A DNA stretch of 11,868 bases from Sulfurimonadaceae bacterium. Lineage in GTDB: Bacteria; Campylobacterota; Campylobacteria; Campylobacterales; Sulfurimonadaceae. The stretch is from assembly GCA_041571435.1 (NCBI GenBank), contig JBFFUI010000050.1, forward strand, positions 1 through 11,868, written 5' to 3'. This document shows positions 1 through 8,051 of this stretch, in pieces. The notes under the pieces were generated by a model that saw nothing but the letters and a program-made list of their open reading frames with translations, made no database searches and was not told the origin of the DNA. The translations under genes and the position numbers were made by a program. Numbering within the stretch: the stretch's first letter is position 1; each line of letters starts with the position of its first letter.

Positions 1-21
1 AATATTATTGTCCTGCATATG

Positions 22-30
22 TGCTATAAT
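22..30 (+). promoter_or_regulatory. Extended -10 promoter element (TGcTATAAT) for the AsmA/YhdP-like gene
   Basis: Perfect TGnTATAAT at 22-30, 67 nt upstream of the ATG at 98; SD-like AGGT at 89-92. Matches the housekeeping sigma factor consensus of Campylobacterota (extended -10, weak -35). Confidence 0.65.
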
Positions 31-97
31 CTTGTTTATTGACCCTTGGGGAACATACAGCACTTTAGAGGTCGTCAGGCCTAGATTCAGGTAGTAC

Positions 98-3000
98 ATG
101 AACGACAGCACTATTATCAAGGCTATCTCCAAAGTCCACTCAACTATCATTGATCTGCTTACTTTCATATTTATTACTCTTTTTACTGTCTATTTGATAC
201 TGAATATCGGTCTTAAACTGGACACATTCATTCTACCCGGTTTAAAAATTGAGCAATTATACATAAAGTGGGATGAAAAGATTGTCGTTGATATCGATAC
301 TATCAAAATTACCAATAGTAACACAGAGCGTACATTGGACTTTTCCGGCATAGATGCCAAACAACTGCTAAAGCAGTCCCGCATTTTAGACGCACTTTTC
401 ACAGAGGTCAATATAAGAAAGATCCAGATCAATGACATAAATGCTACATTTCGTTACAAGGAGCATATGGCAGGTTATCTCAAGGTGCACGGACCGACAT
501 TGAACATATTGGCCGATATCGATATGAACGACCACTTGCTGCTATTGTCTGTGAAAGAGTTCTCCGAATCATCCACACAAACAACCCTGCACGGCGATAT
601 CATAGCAGATGCCAGAGATCACCGAATGTATGCCGACCTGGATATCAATCTTGCAGATACTATGCCGCTGGAGCTCCTGATACTGGCTGATAAAGAAAAG
701 ATGCACCTGTGGGCCAAAGGCTCAGATGTCATCACGAAGCCTATCAAACCTGTTGTAGAGATGGCGAAACTGGGGCCCTTGATCAATCCCTGGATCATTG
801 ATTATCTGCAGGGAGACATCCTTACTTTAGAGTATCTCAAGGGTACTCTGGTTTATGACGATCCTATCTCTTTACTCGATTCGCTTGAGGCAAAGGCCCA
901 ATACAGCAATGTAGAGTATACCTTTTCACCCGGATATGCCCCGGCCATTGCACCTCAGGTTGATGTCACCTTTAAAGACCGTGTTTTATACATCTACCCG
1001 AAAGATGCAACTTTCTACGGGCAGCCCGGAGGAAAGACATGGCTAAAAATCGATTTTGATACGCCAAGCAATCCTCTTTTGACCGTTGACGTCGATGTCA
1101 CAGCACAATTGACCCCCGAGCTGGTGACCTGGCTTAAAGGGTACCACATAAGCCTTCCCTTTTATCAAAAAGAGGGAACGACAAAGGTCAAGCTTGCCAT
1201 TTGGGTAACACTTGGCGACATCGATGTCTCCGCCGATGGTCATTTCTCTACAGACGACGCAATTTTCAACTTTTCAAATACCGACATTGCGGTAAAAAAT
1301 GTTCGGGTGAAACTCAAAAACACGCTTATCGATATCCAAAAACTCAAGGCATCCCTGCTTGAAGAAGCGATCCAAGCAGACATATACGGCAAACTTGATC
1401 CGGTAGAGAAAAGTGGCAAGTTCTACATCACGCTAAATGCATTACAGTTTGAAAACGGCGCCAATGTGTTTGAGGTGGATCCTGCCCGCGACAAGTTGAA
1501 TTTTACATATACCCTTGATAAAAAAGGCGATTATCTTGAGATACCGAAGTCCTATTGGCTTCTGAACAAGAGGCTCATCACACTCAACCGCCTTCGTGTT
1601 CCTTTTGACTTTTTAAGCCTGCAAGGAACCCTCCCTACAACAATGTTAAGCAGTGAAGATATGCTGAAGGCCTACGTGACCGGTACCTTTGATATTAAGA
1701 ACCTTGAGACGGACCTGGTCGCCGATCTGCTCATATTAAATACACCGCTGCTCACGTTGGATCAGACGAATGTTCCGCTTGAGATCAAATACAAAGATGG
1801 CGTCTATCTGCACATCAAAGAGAAATCGCACTGGGAACTCGGTAGCACCAAATGTGTACTTCACCCTTCAGAGATATCATACAGCAACAGTCTTCTCTAC
1901 GTGCAAAACGCACATTTTACACTGGCCGATATGGTTGATTCACACCTTTACGGTGCTTATAATACCGAAAGCGGCTCTGGACGGTTCACGCTTAAAGGGC
2001 TCAATGCCAGCACAAATGATATGGTGTTTCTCAACATGAAAGATGATGTCAAGGTCATCATCGATCAAAAGAGAGATGAGCATCATGTCCGTCTTCCGGC
2101 GTATGACCTGACCTATACCCAGTACAGTACAGGCTGGGATCTTAATATCAATGAACTCCAGAACATTGCAGCCTATTCCCCTTTCATGCAAGAATTCAAC
2201 ATTACCAAGGGGGCGCTGCATCTGTATTCAAAAGAGAGCAGTGACAAGATAAGTTTCTACGGCAACGTGTCCTATCCTTATAAAATTATCGTCAAAGACA
2301 ATATCCCTGTGGAGACGATAAACTTTAACGGAACATATGGAGATGACAATGCAGATATCTTTCTTAATAACAACATAAAAGCCCACATGGAAGGCAGCCG
2401 TCTCAAGATCACAGCTGAAAAAGTCGGCGTCGATATTTTTGCTATTCTCGATTTTATCGGTGACCATCCTGCATCTGACAGCAACAAGAGCAGAAGCAAT
2501 TTTGAAGTCGATATCAAAACTATGGACAGCTATCTCTATATCAACAAAGAGCGACGCGCCCTCGCCGACAAACTTCTTCTTCAATACAAAGATGAGCATC
2601 TGAATGCACAGCTTCTCCATGGAAGCAACGGCGGTGCCTTCCTGGAATACTACGACAAAGATTTTTTTATTTATGGTGACAACTTCAACGACAAATTTAT
2701 GGATGGGCTTGCAGAATTTTCAGATTTCAAAGGCGGGAAACTTGGCTTTTATGTCACAGGCAAAGATGATAAGATCGACGGTGTTGTGCAGGTTACCGAC
2801 ACGATTATTAAAGACTTTAAATCCCTTAACAACGTCTTTGCCCTACTTAACACCATCCCGGCACTTGTGACCTTCTCGGTCCCACACTACACCACCAAAG
2901 GGTTGATGATGCATGAAGCCTATGCCAGCTTTTCGATTGAAAAAAAGATAATGGAGATCAAAGGATTTCATGTCAACGCAGAAGAGATAGCCTTTAACGG

Positions 3001-3298
3001 CAAAGGGAGTGTCGACCTAAACACAAAAACACAAGATATCGAGATGTCTCTTGTGACTGAAGCCGGAACCAACCTCTCGAAGATCCCTCTGCTGGGCTAT
3101 ATTCTTGTCGGTAAAGAAGAAGACACCGTGACGACGACGCTTACGGTAAGCGGACCACTTGACGACCCTGTCATTAAAAACACGCTGGCAAAAGACATTG
3201 TCATTGCTCCGTTCAACATCATAAAGCGTGCACTTACCTTCCCTGTTCACTACGCTGAGAAGGCGAAACAAGCTATCGACGAAGCGGAAAAGAAGTAG
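98..3298 (+). CDS. AsmA-like / YhdP-family (DUF3971-type) large periplasm-spanning protein, putative phospholipid transport bridge
   Basis: 1066-aa ORF with a single N-terminal hydrophobic anchor (IIDLLTFIFITLFTVYLILNIG) and a long body with alternating hydrophobic/polar beta-strand pattern. C-terminus resembles AsmA_2-type ends (FNGKGSVDL...LSKIPLLGYILVG...TLTVSGPLDDPVI). Family assignment is by recall of motifs, not a search. Confidence 0.75.
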   Translation: MNDSTIIKAISKVHSTIIDLLTFIFITLFTVYLILNIGLKLDTFILPGLKIEQLYIKWDEKIVVDIDTIKITNSNTERTLDFSGIDAKQLLKQSRILDALFTEVNIRKIQINDINATFRYKEHMAGYLKVHGPTLNILADIDMNDHLLLLSVKEFSESSTQTTLHGDIIADARDHRMYADLDINLADTMPLELLILADKEKMHLWAKGSDVITKPIKPVVEMAKLGPLINPWIIDYLQGDILTLEYLKGTLVYDDPISLLDSLEAKAQYSNVEYTFSPGYAPAIAPQVDVTFKDRVLYIYPKDATFYGQPGGKTWLKIDFDTPSNPLLTVDVDVTAQLTPELVTWLKGYHISLPFYQKEGTTKVKLAIWVTLGDIDVSADGHFSTDDAIFNFSNTDIAVKNVRVKLKNTLIDIQKLKASLLEEAIQADIYGKLDPVEKSGKFYITLNALQFENGANVFEVDPARDKLNFTYTLDKKGDYLEIPKSYWLLNKRLITLNRLRVPFDFLSLQGTLPTTMLSSEDMLKAYVTGTFDIKNLETDLVADLLILNTPLLTLDQTNVPLEIKYKDGVYLHIKEKSHWELGSTKCVLHPSEISYSNSLLYVQNAHFTLADMVDSHLYGAYNTESGSGRFTLKGLNASTNDMVFLNMKDDVKVIIDQKRDEHHVRLPAYDLTYTQYSTGWDLNINELQNIAAYSPFMQEFNITKGALHLYSKESSDKISFYGNVSYPYKIIVKDNIPVETINFNGTYGDDNADIFLNNNIKAHMEGSRLKITAEKVGVDIFAILDFIGDHPASDSNKSRSNFEVDIKTMDSYLYINKERRALADKLLLQYKDEHLNAQLLHGSNGGAFLEYYDKDFFIYGDNFNDKFMDGLAEFSDFKGGKLGFYVTGKDDKIDGVVQVTDTIIKDFKSLNNVFALLNTIPALVTFSVPHYTTKGLMMHEAYASFSIEKKIMEIKGFHVNAEEIAFNGKGSVDLNTKTQDIEMSLVTEAGTNLSKIPLLGYILVGKEEDTVTTTLTVSGPLDDPVIKNTLAKDIVIAPFNIIKRALTFPVHYAEKAKQAIDEAEKK

Positions 3299-3363
3299 TA
3301 TAGCGCCTGCAATAACGTACAACCTCTAAAGGTTTTCATTCTGCTAAGCGGGTGAAAGTCCAC

Positions 3364-3384
3364 GTAAAAGCGATACGCTTTTAC
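3364..3384. terminator. Probable bidirectional intrinsic terminator between convergent genes
   Basis: Perfect 9-bp inverted repeat GTAAAAGCG-ATA-CGCTTTTAC with symmetric A4/T4 tracts. It overlaps the TAA stop (3381-3383) of the minus-strand permease. The GC core is short, so it may be weak. Confidence 0.5.
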
Positions 3385-4586
3385 TCGTTACGCAGAACTG
3401 TCAGGACGTCAACTTCGCTTGCCTTTTTCGCCGGGTACCACGCGGACATCAAGACGATCACAAAGGCACCGCCCAGTATAGAGAAGAAATCGACCAGACT
3501 AAGGTCAAGTGCCAGTTTCGATGTCGGATAGACATCCGCTGGCAGGGATACGATGTCAAAAGTGCTCAGTATCCACAGGCCGCTCAGTCCCAGCACAGAA
3601 CCGGTAAAGATACCGCCGATACCGATCACAATACCCAAAAACAGAAAGACGCGGCGGATGTCTCTGGCAGAAGCGCCCAGTGAGATCAGCAGTGCGATCT
3701 CGCTGCGGCGGTTCATCACGGTCATCAATAGCGATGAGATGATGTTGATGGCGGCGATCAGAATGATCAGCATCAACACAATGAAGAGCGAGCGTTTTTC
3801 AAGCTCCAGAGCGGCAAAAAAGTTCATATTGTCCTGCCACCACCCCTTGATCGTAGCGCCGACCGGAAGTTCTGCACGGATCTTCTCGATAATCTCTTGC
3901 GGCTTTTCCGTAAAGATATGAATACCGTCGTATTGATTCGACGGCAGATGCATAATACGCTGCATTGACGCCATTGTTGTATAAGCGTAAGCTTTGTCAT
4001 AGGCACTCAGTCCGGAGTCAAAAATTCCCTTGATCGTAAAGCGTTTGAGCTTTGGTGTGACGGCCAGACCGCCCGGGTCCATCTCGGTGAAGATATAGAT
4101 GAGTTTATCGTCAATATAGAGATCAAACTCATCTTTGAGCGATTTACCTATAACAACTTCAAATTTTCCCGGTGCTTTGTCGCCTAGAGCATCTTTCAAG
4201 ACGCTGTTGACCTTTTTCTCATGCTTGAAGTCAACACCAAAGAGGTAACCCCCTTCCAGAACACTTCCACTTCTTGCAATCACGGACGACGTAACATAGG
4301 GGCTCATGGCAAGGTCGGGAAACTTCTGTTCAAGTTCAAGAAGAAGATCGGCGTTTACGGAACCGTAAAAACGGGGATAGATGGTGAGCGGGTAGTTCAT
4401 GACCGTGAGCTTTTTCTTGAACTCATTATCGAAACCGTTCATCAGTGCCATGGCAATAATAAGCACCATCACACCGATCGCAATACCGGTAAAGGCCAAG
4501 AGCGCTGACAAAAAGATAAAAGGCTGATCCCGGTCAAAACGCAAAAAACGTTTGACAAGGTAAGGGACGATAGACTGTTTAATCAT
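3381..4586 (-). CDS. lolF: Lipoprotein-releasing ABC transporter permease, LolC/LolE family (single-gene LolF type)
   Basis: 401 aa with MacB/LolC topology: TM1 (LAFTGIAIGVMVLIIAMALMNGF), a large periplasmic domain with a hook-like segment (EMDPGGLAVTPKLKRF), then NFFAALELEK, RRSEIALLISLGA and WYPAKKAS motifs. Lies directly downstream of secA and near lolA, as in Helicobacter/Campylobacter. Confidence 0.88.
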   Translation of the reverse strand: MIKQSIVPYLVKRFLRFDRDQPFIFLSALLAFTGIAIGVMVLIIAMALMNGFDNEFKKKLTVMNYPLTIYPRFYGSVNADLLLELEQKFPDLAMSPYVTSSVIARSGSVLEGGYLFGVDFKHEKKVNSVLKDALGDKAPGKFEVVIGKSLKDEFDLYIDDKLIYIFTEMDPGGLAVTPKLKRFTIKGIFDSGLSAYDKAYAYTTMASMQRIMHLPSNQYDGIHIFTEKPQEIIEKIRAELPVGATIKGWWQDNMNFFAALELEKRSLFIVLMLIILIAAINIISSLLMTVMNRRSEIALLISLGASARDIRRVFLFLGIVIGIGGIFTGSVLGLSGLWILSTFDIVSLPADVYPTSKLALDLSLVDFFSILGGAFVIVLMSAWYPAKKASEVDVLTVLRNE

Positions 4587-7165
4587 CAGGCAGTTGCAAA
4601 AGCACCTTTTTTAGGGCCGCTCTGTCCACAACAGTTTTTGTATTTTTTGCCCGAACCGCAAGGACAAGGGTCGTTACGCGCTATTTTTTTGTTAAGCACA
4701 ACAGGCTCTTCACTGTCTTGATGGTTAAGCTGCATGCTCATCTCAAGCTGTTTTTGAGCGATCTCCTGCTGTCGGGCAAGCGCTGCAGCCTCCTCCTCAG
4801 GGTCTTTCATCGTAAACTGAATGATCTGCAGTGTCTTGATCGTCTCATATTTGATCACTTCGACCAATTCAGTAAAGAGATTGTAGCTCTCTTTTTTATA
4901 CTCGACAAGAGGATCTTTCTGGTTATAGGCCCGCAGACGGATACCCGTTTTCATACTGTCCATCTGGTAGAGGTGGTCCCGCCATGATCTGTCCAGTGTC
5001 TTAAGGTAAATCTCTCGCTCAATCGCACGTTGGATCTCTTCCTCTATCTGGCCCATCTTTGCCGCATAAGATGCTTTAAGCTGCTCATCTACGTTGGCCA
5101 GAAGTTCATCATACTCTTTGTCTTCAAGAGCGCTGCGATCTAGATCAAAGTTGCACTCCTCTTTGATATTCAGTATCAGTCGGTTAAGATCGAAGTCCTC
5201 ACGCGCACCGCCGTCAAAGATATCGACACGGTTGAGTACCGTTTCGGCGTATTCGCTACGGATCGCCTCCACTTTGCTCTTGATATCATAGTCCTCATCC
5301 AATAGATCATTTCTGAACTTATAGACGATCTTACGCTGTTCATTGGCGACATCATCGTATTCAACGATATTCTTACGCCCTTCGTAGTGCAGGTTCTCCA
5401 CTTTCTTCTGCGCTTTCTCAACCGCACGCGTTACCATCTTGGACTCGATGTATTCGCCGTCTTCAACGCCAAGACGCTCCATGATGCTCTTGATACGGTC
5501 ACTGCCGAAGATGCGCAACAGGCTGTCTTCCAGAGAGAGGTAAAAACGTGAACTTCCAGGATCACCCTGACGGCCGGCACGCCCGCGCAGCTGATTGTCA
5601 ATACGGCGGTTCTCATGGCGTTCCGTACCGATAATGCAGAGTCCGCCAAGTGCTTTGATCTCGTCCGAGATCTTGATATCGACCCCGCGCCCTGCCATGT
5701 TGGTTGCGATGGTCACAGCACCTTTGGCACCGGCATTTTTAATGATCTCACCCTCTTGTTCGTGGTTCTTTGCGTTAAGGACCGTGTGCGCGATCTTCTC
5801 TTTTTTCAACAGCTCATGCAGGAGTTCGGACTTTTCGATCGATGCCGTACCGACCAGTACAGGACGGCCTATTTTTGCCAACGATTTGATCTCGGCAATG
5901 ACCGCATCGAATTTCTCTTTCTCTGTCTTATAGATAAGATCGTTCTGGTCTATACGTGCTACCGGGACATTGGTCGGGATAGAGACGACATCCAGGTTGT
6001 AGATCTGTGCGAATTCCGTCGCTTCGGTCTGAGCCGTACCGGTCATACCGGCCAGTTTGTCATACATTCTGAAATAGTTCTGGAAGGTGATGTCCGCAAG
6101 CGTCTGCGTCTCTTCTTTAACATCAACGCCCTCTTTTGACTCGAGTGCCTGGTGCAGGCCTTCAGAGAAACGGCGACCTTCACTCAGACGCCCCGTAAAC
6201 TCGTCAACAATAACCACTTCACCGTCTTTAACGACATAGTCCACGTCGCGTACAAAAAGGTAGTTGGCTTTGAGCGCCTGATCCATATGGTGCGAAAGTG
6301 CCGAATTTTCAATGGCATAGAGGTTTTCGACGCCAAAAAGCTTCTCAGCCTTGGCAATCCCCTCTTCTGTTGTCAAAACAACCTTGTCTTTCTCATCAAC
6401 TGTAAAGTCGACATCTTTTTCCATCTGCAAGGCGACTTCGTTTGCACGGGAATAGTTTTCAAGCGTACGCTCGACTGGACCGGAGATGATAAGTGGAGTA
6501 CGCGCCTCATCGATGAGAATCGAGTCCACTTCATCGACGATAACAAAGTGGTGGCCGCGCTGCGCCATATGATCTTTAGAAAAGCTCATGTTGTCGCGCA
6601 GGTAGTCAAAACCGAACTCATTGTTCGTACCGTACGTAATATCTGCCTGATAACCGGCGATCTTGTGTGTAGGGTCGTTCGTTAACTCCAGGATCGTACC
6701 GACGCTCAGTCCTAAAAAGTTGTAAAGCGGCTCCAGCTCTTTCGCATCGCGTGAGGCAAGGTAATCATTGACCGTGACAACATGCACGCCCTTGCCGAGA
6801 ATAGCGTTCAGGACAACAGGCAGTGTCGCGACCAGTGTCTTACCCTCACCTGTCTTCATCTCGGAAATACGGCCTTCATGCAGGACCATCCCACCGATAA
6901 GCTGCACATCATAGTGACGCATACCAAGCGCACGTTTACTTGCTTCACGCGTTATTGCAAAAGAGTCTACAAGTACGTCATCCAAACTTTTTTGTTCAGA
7001 GAGCACCTCTTGCTTGATCGTCTCGAAAGCCGCCTTAAGCGCATCATCGCTCAGTGCTTCATACTGCTCTTCCAAAGCATTGATCTGTTTTACACGTCTT
7101 TTGTATTTTTTAAGTTCTCGGTCATTTTTAGTACCGAATATCTTTCCGAAAGTTGTCTGAATCAT
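4586..7165 (-). CDS. secA: Preprotein translocase ATPase SecA
   Basis: 859 aa; Walker [82 protein letters not shown], and C-terminal SEC-C metal-binding motif [17 protein letters not shown]. Confidence 0.99.
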   Translation of the reverse strand: MIQTTFGKIFGTKNDRELKKYKRRVKQINALEEQYEALSDDALKAAFETIKQEVLSEQKSLDDVLVDSFAITREASKRALGMRHYDVQLIGGMVLHEGRISEMKTGEGKTLVATLPVVLNAILGKGVHVVTVNDYLASRDAKELEPLYNFLGLSVGTILELTNDPTHKIAGYQADITYGTNNEFGFDYLRDNMSFSKDHMAQRGHHFVIVDEVDSILIDEARTPLIISGPVERTLENYSRANEVALQMEKDVDFTVDEKDKVVLTTEEGIAKAEKLFGVENLYAIENSALSHHMDQALKANYLFVRDVDYVVKDGEVVIVDEFTGRLSEGRRFSEGLHQALESKEGVDVKEETQTLADITFQNYFRMYDKLAGMTGTAQTEATEFAQIYNLDVVSIPTNVPVARIDQNDLIYKTEKEKFDAVIAEIKSLAKIGRPVLVGTASIEKSELLHELLKKEKIAHTVLNAKNHEQEGEIIKNAGAKGAVTIATNMAGRGVDIKISDEIKALGGLCIIGTERHENRRIDNQLRGRAGRQGDPGSSRFYLSLEDSLLRIFGSDRIKSIMERLGVEDGEYIESKMVTRAVEKAQKKVENLHYEGRKNIVEYDDVANEQRKIVYKFRNDLLDEDYDIKSKVEAIRSEYAETVLNRVDIFDGGAREDFDLNRLILNIKEECNFDLDRSALEDKEYDELLANVDEQLKASYAAKMGQIEEEIQRAIEREIYLKTLDRSWRDHLYQMDSMKTGIRLRAYNQKDPLVEYKKESYNLFTELVEVIKYETIKTLQIIQFTMKDPEEEAAALARQQEIAQKQLEMSMQLNHQDSEEPVVLNKKIARNDPCPCGSGKKYKNCCGQSGPKKGAFATA

Positions 7166-7198
7166 GGGTTTTACTGTCCATATCTATAAAGTTAGAGG

Positions 7199-7206
7199 AT
7201 TATAGC
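7199..7206 (-). promoter_or_regulatory. -10 element (GCTATAAT) for the secA-lolF operon
   Basis: Plus-strand ATTATAGC is minus-strand GCTATAAT, 33 nt upstream of the secA ATG. A second minus-strand TATAAT lies at 7265-7270. Confidence 0.55.
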
Positions 7207-7300
7207 CCAGCAAATCTATACTTTAGATGAAAGCCCGCTTGAGGGGAAGGAAGTTTTACCACATATTATACAATATCAAAATGGAGTGTTACCGCTTTTA

Positions 7301-7308
7301 GCTATAAT
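7301..7308 (+). promoter_or_regulatory. -10 element (GCTATAAT) for lolA
   Basis: GCTATAAT 27 nt upstream of the ATG at 7336; strong SD AAGGA at 7326-7330. Confidence 0.65.
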
Positions 7309-7335
7309 ACCGGCCATATAACCAGAAGGAATCTG

Positions 7336-7851
7336 ATGCGTATTATTTTTGTTGCCCTGCTCGCCCTGTCCCCTCTGTTTGCGATCAGCGAAAAGACAGA
7401 GACGATGAAAGCTGACTTTACTCAGACCATTGTGAATGACAAAAAAGGCACCATAACCTACAAGGGCACTATGTCGGCCAAGCGCCCCAATATGGCCATA
7501 TGGCACTATAAAGAGCCCATTGACAAAACGGTCTACATCACGGCCGAAAATGTCACTGTTGTCGAACCGGAACTGGAACAGGCCATTGTTAGAAAGCTTG
7601 ACGACACTATCGATATTCTTGCAATTTTGGCTTCTGCACGCAAGACAGGAAAAGAGAGCTATATCGCCTACTACGACGGCAAAGAGTACTCTATCACCAT
7701 GCAGAAAGGCATGATCAGGGCCATAAGTTTTACCGATGCCTTTGACAACATCGTCACAATCGTATTTACGCAGCAGCTGATCAACCATAAGATCAGCGAC
7801 AGTGATTTCAACGCCGTCATTCCAGCTGGTTTTGACATCATCAGAGACTAA
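7336..7851 (+). CDS. lolA: Outer-membrane lipoprotein periplasmic chaperone LolA
   Basis: 171 aa; Sec signal peptide (MRIIFVALLALSPLFA), ADFTQ, conserved KRP motif, WHYKEP, VEPELEQA; divergent from secA as in Campylobacterota. Confidence 0.92.
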   Translation: MRIIFVALLALSPLFAISEKTETMKADFTQTIVNDKKGTITYKGTMSAKRPNMAIWHYKEPIDKTVYITAENVTVVEPELEQAIVRKLDDTIDILAILASARKTGKESYIAYYDGKEYSITMQKGMIRAISFTDAFDNIVTIVFTQQLINHKISDSDFNAVIPAGFDIIRD

Positions 7852-7979
7852 CTCAGCGCCTTACTTAACTCTCTTTTTCAGGGTCTAGTGCCTTGATATT
7901 TCCATGCTATCCCATTGCACTAAAATCATAATGTACTTTCCCCATAGATCTTGCTCATTGTAACCTTTCAGATACTTTT

Positions 7980-8019
7980 TTGATTTCTTAAGTAATTGAT
8001 TTCTCTTTTTATGTATAAT
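7980..8019 (+). promoter_or_regulatory. Promoter of the GGDEF-EAL gene with a flanking 9-bp direct repeat
   Basis: TATAAT at 8014-8019 preceded by T tracts; TTGATTTCT occurs at both 7980-7988 and 7996-8004, around TTAAGT (7988-7993). Confidence 0.5.
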
Positions 8020-8051
8020 GAATACTAATACTGAACTTGCATAGGTCTCTT

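Noticed and set aside
1..18. Possible start of a divergent minus-strand gene (ATG CAG GAC AAT AAT ATT), where mltG often lies in related genomes
   Set aside because: Only six codons are visible and there is no clear SD; it cannot be supported from this window.
3334..3357. Imperfect hairpin TTTCATTCTGC-TAA-GCGGGTGAAA downstream of the yhdP-like stop
   Set aside because: It needs G-U pairs and a bulge and has no U tract; too weak to call as a terminator or ncRNA.
4628..4666. SecA C-terminal motif ends in CC rather than CH, and the VAR region is short
   Set aside because: Both are common natural SecA variants, not novel.
190..7189. Many 60-177 aa alternative-frame or antisense ORFs within the yhdP-like gene, lolF and secA
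   Set aside because: They are nested in or almost wholly overlap well-supported genes and show no family motifs; typical shadow ORFs.
7276..7788. 170-aa minus-strand ORF opposite lolA
   Set aside because: Antisense shadow; the plus frame has the SD, signal peptide and LolA motifs.
8037..8051. TTG start at 8037 for the GGDEF-EAL gene
   Set aside because: It has no SD and lies very close to the predicted TSS; ATG 8052 has AGGT at suitable spacing.
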